Source: an uncultured delta proteobacterium
Lineage (GTDB): Bacteria > Desulfobacterota > Binatia > UBA9968
Reading direction: 5' to 3'
NCBI GenBank assembly: GCA_963745835.1
Contig: CAVUZH010000003.1
Coordinates: 832,001 to 896,000, forward strand
Length of the DNA stretch: 64,000 nucleotides
In this document: positions 55,331 to 64,000 of the stretch, in pieces
Layout of the letters: every line of letters starts with the position of its first letter
Position numbering within the stretch: the first letter of the stretch is position 1
Notes under the pieces: generated by a model
Database searches by the model: none
Told to the model about the DNA's origin: nothing
The model's input: only the letters and a program-made list of their open reading frames with translations
Translations under genes and position numbers: made by a program

Positions 55331-57193
55331 TTGTTGATCATGTCCTCGCAGATTCCCACCAACGCCGAGCTGAAGAGGCTCTGTTCCAACGGCTGGTGGG
55401 CGCTCCATCTCATTTGGTCAACCAACTCGACGTTAACCGCCGGGCTCGGATTGGCAACTCTCGCGCGCGGCATCGTTCCCGCCGGATTGGCTCTTTTTGC
55501 CCGCGGGCTCATCAATGTATTTGTCAGTGATAGCGGGATTTCAACGGTAAGCATGGATGCCGTGCTGCCGTGGTTTCTTCTTGGGTTCGCCGTCACAGTT
55601 TTAGAGGCCTTAGCTCCGCTCGTCCATAGGTTCTGCACCGAACGATTGAAGGACGAAATGAATATCAGAATCACTTCGGATATTCTGAGCCACGCCGAAA
55701 AACTGGATCTTGCGTTTTTCGAGACCTCTGGAAAGCGTAACCTGTTAGATCGCGCGCAGCAAAATCCCGCCGAGCCTTTCATGAGATTTGTCGTAGAGCT
55801 TCAGAACTCGGCCACCAACCTCTTGCAAACGCTTTCGTTAACCGCACTTTTGGCACTGATTGAACCGCTGGTTCTTCTGGCTTTGGGTCCGTTTGCACTT
55901 CCTTATCTTCTGTTTCATTGGCGGCTATCCAAGAAACGTTTTCAGGAAGAGTATCGCCGCACTCCGCAAAGGCGCTGGACCAGTTATTTTGTTTCTCTTT
56001 TAACCGGGAGGCAATCGGTAGCGGAAATCAAGCTGCTCGATCTTAGTCCGTATCTGCGCGACAAATTCGCGGCTCTCTTGAGGCAATTCCGCGACCGTGA
56101 TCGAAAACTATATTTGCGCAATTTCTACGGTAGCTCGCTGTTTGCGCTGGTAACCACCGTTACCTTCTTCGCAGTGTTCTTTCGAGTGATTCTCAAGGTT
56201 ATCGAGGGAGTTTTAACGGTGGGCGATGTCGCCGTGTTTGGCGGAGCGACCGCGCGGCTTCGTTTCAGCCTAGAGGGGAGCATTCGCTGTCTTAGCAGCG
56301 CGTTAGAGCAGACTCTTTACATTTCCAATCTTATCGACTTCTTCAATGAAAAGCCGGAAATGATATCCGGATCATCGGTGCCCTCGTTCCCCGGTCAAGC
56401 AGAAATCAGCATTGAAAATGTATCGTTCACTTACCCCGAATCCGCGGAGCCCGCACTGCGAGACATCTCACTGCATATCAGTCCCGGGGAGACGATTGCT
56501 CTCGTGGGCGAGAATGGAGCAGGCAAGACAACTCTGGTGAAACTTCTGGCGCGGCTCTATGACCCGGACTGCGGTGTTATTGAGTTTAACGGTGCTGATC
56601 TGAGGATGTTATCGCTGACTCATCTTCATAAAAAAATCGGTTTTGTGTTTCAGGACTTTGCCCGCTATGAAGCTACTGTAGCCGACAACATCGCCTATGG
56701 AAATTGGCGGGCTATGTCCGCCGAACGGCAAAAGGTCGAAGAGGTCGGACGTCTCGCGGGGATTGATACGATGGTGCGGTCGATGCCCCTAGGCTATGAT
56801 ACCGTCCTCGGCCGGGTTTTCGGAAAACATGATCTGTCCGGGGGCCAATGGCAAAGACTCGCAATCGCACGTGCGTTTGCGCGCGACGCTTCGCTTCTAA
56901 TCTTGGACGAGCCCACGGCAAGCCTCAGCGTTCAGGCGGAGTACGATTTATTTTCCAGTTTTCACGAGTTATCGCGTGGACGCACGACTATCTTGGTCTC
57001 CCATCGCTTCTCGACGCTTAGTATTGCCGATCGCATCATCGTTATGGAGAAGGGACGCATCATCGAATGCGGTACCCACCAGGAACTTTTAGCCAAGGCG
57101 GGAAGTTATGCGCGCCTCTATCGATTGCATCGAAACCCGCTCAAGACCGTCGTATCCAACAAAAATGTGGGCAGAATCGTTCCGCTCACGTAA
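55331..57193 (+). CDS. Fused permease/ATPase ABC exporter
   Basis: TM domain plus GENGAGKT, FQD, LSGGQWQR, ILDEPT, SHRFST. Confidence 0.93.
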   Translation: MLIMSSQIPTNAELKRLCSNGWWALHLIWSTNSTLTAGLGLATLARGIVPAGLALFARGLINVFVSDSGISTVSMDAVLPWFLLGFAVTVLEALAPLVHRFCTERLKDEMNIRITSDILSHAEKLDLAFFETSGKRNLLDRAQQNPAEPFMRFVVELQNSATNLLQTLSLTALLALIEPLVLLALGPFALPYLLFHWRLSKKRFQEEYRRTPQRRWTSYFVSLLTGRQSVAEIKLLDLSPYLRDKFAALLRQFRDRDRKLYLRNFYGSSLFALVTTVTFFAVFFRVILKVIEGVLTVGDVAVFGGATARLRFSLEGSIRCLSSALEQTLYISNLIDFFNEKPEMISGSSVPSFPGQAEISIENVSFTYPESAEPALRDISLHISPGETIALVGENGAGKTTLVKLLARLYDPDCGVIEFNGADLRMLSLTHLHKKIGFVFQDFARYEATVADNIAYGNWRAMSAERQKVEEVGRLAGIDTMVRSMPLGYDTVLGRVFGKHDLSGGQWQRLAIARAFARDASLLILDEPTASLSVQAEYDLFSSFHELSRGRTTILVSHRFSTLSIADRIIVMEKGRIIECGTHQELLAKAGSYARLYRLHRNPLKTVVSNKNVGRIVPLT

Positions 57194-57307
57194 GTGTCAG
57201 AAATTGGCAATTCAGTCATTCGCGAGCGGATTCGCGGCCCAGCGGGGAAGTGTTGCTGGTGGTCTCGGAGCAGGAGAAAAAACGCGAGCACCAAAGCTAG
57301 TGCCACA

Positions 57308-58958
57308 ATGAATTCTGCACTTTTACAACGGGATCTTTCACAACTCGGGTCTGACATCAGGGGTATGGCAAAGCTGATAAAGGCGGTGCCCAAATTCTTC
57401 CGACAACCAGTTACGTTAGAACGCGCAAAGGAGGAAATCAAAAGAGACCTCGATTGCCGAGAGCAGCGGTTTGTCGACACTGTCCGTTCGCAAGTCTATG
57501 AACGTCCGAAAAGCCCCTATCTGCAACTGCTTAGGCTGGCAGGCTGCGAATTTTCAGACCTTCAGGCACAGGTGAAGCTTCACGGCATGGAAGAGACATT
57601 AGCGCGACTTGCCCGTGAGGGGGTTTACCTCAGTTCGGAAGAGTTCAAGGGAAAGAAAGAGGTCACCCGCGGCGGGTACTCGTTCCGAGTGACGCCAGGC
57701 AATTTCGAAACACCGAATGGCGCCGGCGGGTATAGAACACAAAGTAGCGGGACCACCAATCAACCTATTCGTTCGTTTGTTTCTCTCGATCTCTTGGCCA
57801 TCAGAACACCGGTGACTTTCCTTGCTTTTGCCGCGCACGACCTGTTTTCTAGGACTCACGCAATGTACGACTCCGTTCTCCCCGGCTCAGCAGGGATCAA
57901 TAACCTGATGATCTACGCCAGGATGGGTGTCGCTGCGGACCGCTGGTTCGCGCGGACGATGCCGATCAAAAGCAAGTTGGAAAGAATTTATCATTTATCC
58001 ACGACTCGGCTACTCCAGCATATGGCCAGTCATTGCGGCGCCGTCATTCCCAAACCGGAATTTGTTTCGCACCACGAGGTCGAGAAGATCATTCACTGGG
58101 TGACTGCGCAGCGAGCTCAGAGGAGAACCTGCTGTATCACCACTGCCGCGAGCAACGCCGCCAGAATCGCCCGTGCCGCTTGTCGACTCGGCATTTCTCT
58201 TGAGGGAACCAAATTTATCGTGACTGGTGAGCCGTTTACCGATGCCAAACAACGGGTCGTCGAAAGCACCGGTGCCAAAGGAATAACGCGTTACGCGTAC
58301 GGCGGCAGTATCAATATTGGTTTCGGCTGCGCTAATCCGCTCCGCACGGATGAAATTCATGTGAATCAGCATCTCTTGCGCTGATCCCGTAGCCCACACC
58401 GGCCCGCTAACGCCGGGTCTGACGTTTTCCCCCTTCTTTGTACCACACTTAATCCATTGTTCCCGCGACCGCTCTTGAACGTGGAAAGCGGTGACTATGG
58501 CTATATGAGCCATAGGGATTGCGGCTGCGCGCTGGAGAAACGCCGGTTTGTCGTTGCATCTCCATCACATTCGGAGCTTCGAAAAGTTTACGAGCGAGGG
58601 AATGAATTTCTTCTACGGCGATCTTTATGAACTTTTTGAAAGCGTATTTCCCAGCGAATTCGGCGGCGGCCCTGGCGATTATCAGATGAGGGAAGAAGAG
58701 GATAAGACAGGTCAGACTCGGCTGACGCTCGTCGTTCATCCTGAAGTAAAGGCACTGGACGAGAGGAGAATACTTGCCCGGCTTAAGGCGGAACTTTCTA
58801 TGCGCTCGCGTGGCGATCGTTTTATGACCGATGTATGGACCAATGCGGGAACGTTCAAGCTGGAGCGGGCAGTCCCGTATGCCAGCCCCAGGGGAAAAAT
58901 CCTGCCGCTGCACATGACTGCGAGAGAAGCCTCGAGACCCAGTCTGATGACCCGGTAA
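57308..58958 (+). CDS. PaaK/CapK-like adenylate-forming (ANL superfamily) protein, paralog A, frameshifted
   Basis: SPY, SSGTT, TGEP, ESGDY, IRSFEKFTSEG, YQ..EE, SPRGKI occur in the order expected for ANL core motifs. Confidence 0.7.
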
Positions 58959-58979
58959 ATATCGGCAGGTATGTTGATG

Positions 58980-59171
58980 AGATTGTCGCTCGCAAGCGGA
59001 CCACTTCCAATTTCAAGATAAGCGCGATGATGTTCCTTCGCCGATTGGATTCTCATCATGGAGAAGGGAAGCATCGTGGATTGCGACACCCACTATGAAT
59101 CCTGGGAAGACGCACAGTTACGGATAGATTTACCGTTTACACCGCCACCCACTTAATCGCCACCCACTTAA
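58980..59171 (+). pseudogene. Relic of the 3' end of the ABC exporter gene
   Basis: FADWILIMEKGSIVDCDTHYE and SYG*IYRLHRHPL match IADRIIVMEKGRIIECGTHQE and SYARLYRLHRNPL of the intact ABC gene. Confidence 0.8.
59143..59171 (+). repeat. 14-bp tandem micro-duplication
   Basis: cgccacccacttaa at 59143-59156 and again at 59158-59171. Confidence 0.85.
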
Positions 59172-59306
59172 ATGTATAAGACGTTAGAAACCTCTATCTC
59201 TTCCAAGAGCACGGCGTTAAGAAGGCGGCCCTTTCGATGCTGGGCGACATGTAAGCGGAATTTCATCTTTTTGTCGTTCTCGGCTCGGGCCTTATTAAAC
59301 TGAGCT

Positions 59307-60940
59307 ATGGCAGTTAAGATTTTCAAAAATTCATTTCGGCAGCTTAGATCGGACCTTAACAAGCCTAGGAGTACGCTGGCGCTGGTGTCTTCGTTACCAG
59401 CATTTCTCCGTGAGTCCGTTGATGTGCAGACCGCAGAAAGTGAGATCAAACAGGCATTCGACAGCCGAGAGGATAAGTTTCTCGAACTGATTTACAGGAG
59501 GGTTTACAAATCTGCGGCTAGTCCGTACTTGAGACTGCTTAAGCTGGCCGGCTGCGACTATGGCGATCTTCAAAGCCATGTTCGGCGCCACGGGCTAGAG
59601 AAGGCCTTAGAGCAGCTGGCGAGTGAGGGCGTTTACCTCACCTCAGATGAATTCAAGGGGAAAAAAGAAATTGTCCGTGGTAAAGATCACTTTCGGGCAT
59701 CGCCTGACGCTTTCCAAAGGCCAGATTTCGCGGGAGCTTTGTTGCACAAAGTAGCGGGACCAGGAATCACCCTATCGAGTCCCGTATTTCCCTAGACTGG
59801 TTACGCATACGGGCGCTTGGGATCGGGCTCTTTCTTAATTCGCACAACTTGTGGTCTCATGCTCACGCTATCTACGAGCCGATCCTACCCGCAAGCACGG
59901 GTATCAATAATCTTCTGTACAATGCGAAATTCCGAATTCCTACAGATCGGTGGTTTGCCCGAAGGATTCCGGTCAATAGCCGTATAGAAGCCTGCTATCA
60001 TTATTCCGTCACGTATTTATTAGTAATGACCGCCAGATCGCTTGGGTATAACTTTCCCAAACCAGAATTTATTGAAGACGGAGGTATCGAAGCGATACTT
60101 CGGTGGGTGGAGGATAAAAGGACCCAAGCCAAAGCTTGCTGTATTAAAACTACTGCGAGTAACGCAGCTAAGATTGCGAATGTGGCTTGCAAAAAGGGAT
60201 TTTCTCTGGAAGGCACAAAATTCATATCGGGCGGAGAGCCGTTCACCGACTCCAAGCAGGAGGTGATAAAGCGAGCCGGTGCCAGTGCTGTTCCACGCTA
60301 TAACTATGGCGGTGGTTTAACCGTTGGTCTCGGATGTGCCAATCCTCTCTATACTGACGAAGTTCATGTGAATCAATATATGTTAGCAGTTATCCAGCAG
60401 CCGCGACCTCTTACGGTACAGGACTGTGTCATCCGTCCTCTTCTCTGCACTACGCTCCACGCATCTGCTCCCCGACTATTGCTGAATGTCGACAATGGCG
60501 ACTATGCGGAGACCTTGTTGCGCGATTGTGGCTGCGCACTGCAAAGAGCCGGCCTTACACTTCATCTCCACCACATCAGGAGCTACGAGAAATTCACCGG
60601 AGAGGGGATGAATTACTTTTACGGTGATCTCTTCGAGTTCCTCGAAAAAATTCTTCCTCGTGAGTTTGGCGGCGGTCCCGGCGACTATCAACTGGTGGAG
60701 GAGGAGGACGGCAATGGTCAGACACGCCTTACCCTTTTGGTTCATCCCTTGGTGGAAAAGCTCGAAGAGGAAAAGCTGCTTTCCCGGTTGCAGCTAGGGT
60801 TAGCGGAAGGTTCACGGAATAATCGTTCTATGTCGAAGTTATGGCAGGACTCCCGGACTTTCAGGATCAGGAGGGAAGTCCCTCATGCCACCCCACGGGG
60901 AAAGATATTGCCACTGCATCTAAAGGTCCCATCTGTATGA
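59307..60940 (+). CDS. PaaK/CapK-like adenylate-forming protein, paralog B, frameshift near 59740
   Basis: Collinear with paralog A: SPYLRLLKLAGC, EGVYL.S.EFKGKKE, SSGT, GGEPFTD, NGDY, IRSYEKFTGEGMN, FGGGPGDYQ, TPRGKILPLH. Confidence 0.72.
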
Positions 60941-61110
60941 TAGAAGAGGTGTAATCGTCTTTCCGCAGTTACTTAAGACTTAGTTTGAGAGAATCGATCC
61001 TTCAGATCCACTGAGAGGCATCGCGGTTCGGAACCCCTCCAGAGCGGAGTACAACCAAATGCACACAGCCCTGCGCTACTATCGGGTTCGATCGATACCT
61101 CGCGCTTCCA

Positions 61111-61360
61111 TTGGTGTACCTCCTTCTTGCCTCGGCTCTTGCGCTGGCAGCTTGGCCACTTTACGTCCTGAGTAAGCGGAAATTCGGTTCCCCCGCAGTA
61201 GGATGGACCATTGCCTTCTGCTTTCTAGCTCGACTTTTTGAATCGTACAGACACCGACGTAATTGCGGTACCTCTCTTGATCGCTGCTTTGAGCGAATCG
61301 ATGCGCGAGATCTAAAACGGCTGGTATGTTAATGGGATTCTCGTTGCTGGCGAAAGGCTC
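61111..61360 (+). pseudogene. Internal relic of a paralog of the downstream DUF2079-like gene
   Basis: LALAAWPLYVLSKRKFGSPAVGWTIAFC, FERIDARDL and MGFSLLAK match LALSAWPLYVLARRKFDSPAIGLTIAFC, YERVDANDL and MGLALLGK. Confidence 0.8.
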
Positions 61361-61421
61361 GATTGGAATTTTTCATAAAGGCGAAGAGTAGAAGTTAGCT
61401 TGAAACGCTTGTCAAAGAGAA

Positions 61422-63215
61422 ATGAATACAATGGCCTTTACGAACCCGCGAAACAAGCTAGCCTTTGCTGCACTAGTCTTGGCCACCTCGATGTTGATTG
61501 CGTCCAACGCTCGCCACCTCGCGCTCAATATTGATCAAGTCTGGATATTCCAGTGGATCATGCATTTTCTGGGAATCGGAACAATCATTATATTTATGTT
61601 TGGCGGGCGAATCGGTCATTGGGCAACTAAAACAATAGAAAGGCTGGATGCCTGGTTATCACAAAGTAACGGCAGAGCCACGTTCTGGTTAGGCTCTCTG
61701 ATTCTTTCGTACACACTTCTCTGGTGCGGCCTGACTTTCCTGCGACATTACTACTTCCACTCCCAAGCATTTGATCTTGCGATCCAGGATCAAGTTGTTT
61801 GGAACACCTCTCGAGGCTATTTCCTCGCCAGGTCCTTTGAGGTAACGAACGATCTTGGAGATCACGTACGGCCTTATCTTGCACTTTTGAGCCTACTCTA
61901 CCTGGCTGTCCCTTCCCCTTATGTCTTATTGGCATTTCAATCTTTCGTCCTGGCGCTCAGCGCATGGCCTCTTTACGTCCTCGCACGGCGCAAGTTTGAT
62001 TCCCCGGCAATAGGATTGACGATTGCTTTTTGCGCCTTAGCATACCCACCGCTCGGCTTTCTTAACCGCTTGGACTTCCATGCCGAAGTCATAGTGGTTC
62101 CTCTGCTGATGGCGGCATACGAGCGGGTCGATGCAAACGATCTGAGGAATGCCGGGATTTTTATGGGATTGGCCCTGCTGGGGAAAGAAAATATCGGCTT
62201 GTCTGTGGCGGCGCTAGCATTAGTGATAGCCGTTTATCATCATCGCTGGCGGTTTGGTTTCCTGTGGTGCATAGGGGGGTTGGCGTACTCCCTAGTAGCC
62301 CTATTTTTGATCATCCCAGCATTCCGCGGAGCCCCATCGGACACGTTAGCGCGTTATCAATGGTTGGGTAGCACCCCCATCGAAATGCTGTGGACTCTTC
62401 TATCATCGCCTCTTTTTGTACTCCAGAACTTGGGGGTGGCGGAACGGGTCCTAACTTTGCTGCAGTTACTCGCACCTCTAGCTTTTCTACCTTTGTTAAG
62501 TGTTCCTATTTTGTTCGCCGCCGCGCCAACTCTGATTTACAACTTCTTGTCTGCCCAGCAATTTCAGAGTGGTATTTATAACCAGTATATGGCCCCGGTT
62601 ATACCGTTCATGGCGGTGGCAGTGGTTTTGGGTCTGCACAACCTGAGAAGATATACCTTGAAAGGCCAAGGCTTTGCGGGCATCCGGCTTGAGGCGCCTG
62701 CATCCAGTCAGGCAGTAGGTCTTGGAGTTAGTCTACTGCTATTTGCTATCTTGGGAAGCTGGATTTACGAAAATCCGGTTAAAGGCCACCCATACTTATC
62801 CGAGCTAAACAAGCGACGCATTGCGCAGACCGATAGAAGCACTACAAAATTGTCACGAGCATCGTTTATTCAACCCAATGACGCGGCTATCCGGGAAGGT
62901 TTGAAACAAGTTCCAAAGGATGTCTATCTCTTAACTGGACAAAATTATGCGCCCCATCTTTCTCATCGGCGACAGATACAAATAATTCGCCCCGCTCCTG
63001 TCTCCGCTCTCGCGCCAGACGTGGAAGCTATTTTTTTAAATATGAAAGATTTGCGCCGGAGAAGTTGTGATGATTATCTTCAAAACCTTCAAGCGGCAAC
63101 TAGCGCAGGCTTTGGAGTGACTTTCCATCGCGATGGGGTGATTCTTGTCGAGAAAGGTAAGGGACATCGGGACAAGTTGGATGAGCTTCTTGCCCAATGG
63201 CCGGGCTGCCATTAA
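61422..63215 (+). CDS. DUF2079-like polytopic membrane protein (GT-C-like)
   Basis: AFDLAIQDQVVWN, LGDH..P, LL.FQS, DFH.E, KE, RY.WLG, APHLSHR. Confidence 0.82.
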   Translation: MNTMAFTNPRNKLAFAALVLATSMLIASNARHLALNIDQVWIFQWIMHFLGIGTIIIFMFGGRIGHWATKTIERLDAWLSQSNGRATFWLGSLILSYTLLWCGLTFLRHYYFHSQAFDLAIQDQVVWNTSRGYFLARSFEVTNDLGDHVRPYLALLSLLYLAVPSPYVLLAFQSFVLALSAWPLYVLARRKFDSPAIGLTIAFCALAYPPLGFLNRLDFHAEVIVVPLLMAAYERVDANDLRNAGIFMGLALLGKENIGLSVAALALVIAVYHHRWRFGFLWCIGGLAYSLVALFLIIPAFRGAPSDTLARYQWLGSTPIEMLWTLLSSPLFVLQNLGVAERVLTLLQLLAPLAFLPLLSVPILFAAAPTLIYNFLSAQQFQSGIYNQYMAPVIPFMAVAVVLGLHNLRRYTLKGQGFAGIRLEAPASSQAVGLGVSLLLFAILGSWIYENPVKGHPYLSELNKRRIAQTDRSTTKLSRASFIQPNDAAIREGLKQVPKDVYLLTGQNYAPHLSHRRQIQIIRPAPVSALAPDVEAIFLNMKDLRRRSCDDYLQNLQAATSAGFGVTFHRDGVILVEKGKGHRDKLDELLAQWPGCH

Positions 63216-63348
63216 GGTCGTTTGCCTATGGATTTAGTTATGGCGTCTTCTGGATAGTATCATTTCAAAAGAACCTTCGCGTGACGAAAGTAAAAAGCCA
63301 TCGTTTCCCGTCAAATGAGTCTACTGAGCTCCTTCGATGTTAAGGTTA

Positions 63349-64000
63349 ATGCCATCGTTCCTACCGATTTTAACTTTCCATGCCATCGATCATTCGCCTG
63401 CGGTCATATCGTTTTCACCCAAGTTTTTCGAGCGAGGCATGCGTTTCCTACATCAAAGAGGCTATCGGACACTAAACTTAGTCGATATTGCGACCTACAT
63501 CGGCAACGGGCTTTCGTTCCCCGAGCGCTCAATAGTGCTGACGTTCGATGACGGCTATGAGTCCGTTTACGATCACGCGTTTCCGATCTTGCAGCGCTAT
63601 GGCTTTTCGGCGACGGTTTTTCTTACTGTCGGGGGGAAAAGAAATGGGAGTAACTCGGACCGTTTACCTTCGATGTGCGGTCGCTCAATGCTGAGCTGGA
63701 GCGAAATCAGAGAGATGCAGCGATGCGAAATCGAATTCGGGGCCCATACGCTGACCCACCCGGACCTGACCCGGTTGGCCATTAAGTCGGCCGAAAGGGA
63801 GATATGTGATTCGAAAGCCATCATCGAAGACACCTTGAGTGTCCCGGTTACCAGCTTTGCTTATCCGTATGGTCGCTACGACAACCGATGCCATGAGATT
63901 GTTAGCCATCACTTCGTCTGCGCCTGCTCCGACCAACTGGGGTTGGTCCATGCGAGCACGGATCTCTACGCCGTGGAGCGCGTGGACGCTTACTATCTCC
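63349..64000 (+). CDS. Polysaccharide deacetylase (CE4/NodB), runs off the window and is missing from the ORF track
   Basis: PILTFHAI, LTFDDGY, ATVFL, LSWSEI.EM, GAHTLTHPDL, FAYPYG; the frame is open to 64000. Confidence 0.93.
   Translation, partial: MPSFLPILTFHAIDHSPAVISFSPKFFERGMRFLHQRGYRTLNLVDIATYIGNGLSFPERSIVLTFDDGYESVYDHAFPILQRYGFSATVFLTVGGKRNGSNSDRLPSMCGRSMLSWSEIREMQRCEIEFGAHTLTHPDLTRLAIKSAEREICDSKAIIEDTLSVPVTSFAYPYGRYDNRCHEIVSHHFVCACSDQLGLVHASTDLYAVERVDAYYL

Noticed and set aside
6216-57193. RiPP or lasso-peptide cluster (AsnB-like + radical SAM/SPASM + ABC exporter)
   Set aside because: No precursor peptide, PqqD/RRE or transglutaminase-like protease was seen. AsnB keeps a full Cys-initiated glutaminase domain, and the genes are tens of kb apart among glycosyltransferases.
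1-64000. Programmed frameshifting or phase variation as the cause of split genes; IS or prophage elements
   Set aside because: The break points share no common slippery motif or long SSR tract, and no transposase, integrase or terminal inverted repeats were recognised.

Overview
The window is almost entirely one large, + strand cell-surface glycan biosynthesis and modification region of a bacterium, and it runs off both ends. It holds about 44 genes: 2 Wzx-type flippases, 2 UPF0104/LPG-synthase-TM flippase-like proteins, about 11 GT2/GT4 glycosyltransferases and about 8 polytopic GT-C-like proteins. Precursor genes are rfbB, rfbA, a DegT aminotransferase and 2 NDP-sugar epimerases. Tailoring candidates are an AsnB-like amidotransferase, a carbamoyltransferase, 2 radical SAM/SPASM enzymes, 2 methyltransferases, an SGNH protein, an LtaS-like phosphotransferase, a polysaccharide deacetylase and 2 tandem PaaK/CapK-like ligases behind an ABC exporter. 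The only convincing - strand gene is a divergent, secreted alginate-lyase-like/discoidin protein. About 20 genes are split by small indels, probably long-read consensus errors. Four short diverged gene relics, by contrast, look like real duplication scars. Most interesting: (1) a flavoprotein with eukaryotic UDP-galactopyranose-mutase-like motifs fused to a small membrane domain that is repeated as the next standalone gene; (2) the ABC plus duplicated adenylating ligase module; (3) a sigma54-type promoter with a tandem 19-bp repeat and an IHF-like site; (4) the GT-C array. No rRNA, tRNA, CRISPR array or transposase was seen. All calls come from reading motifs by eye; no database search was run.
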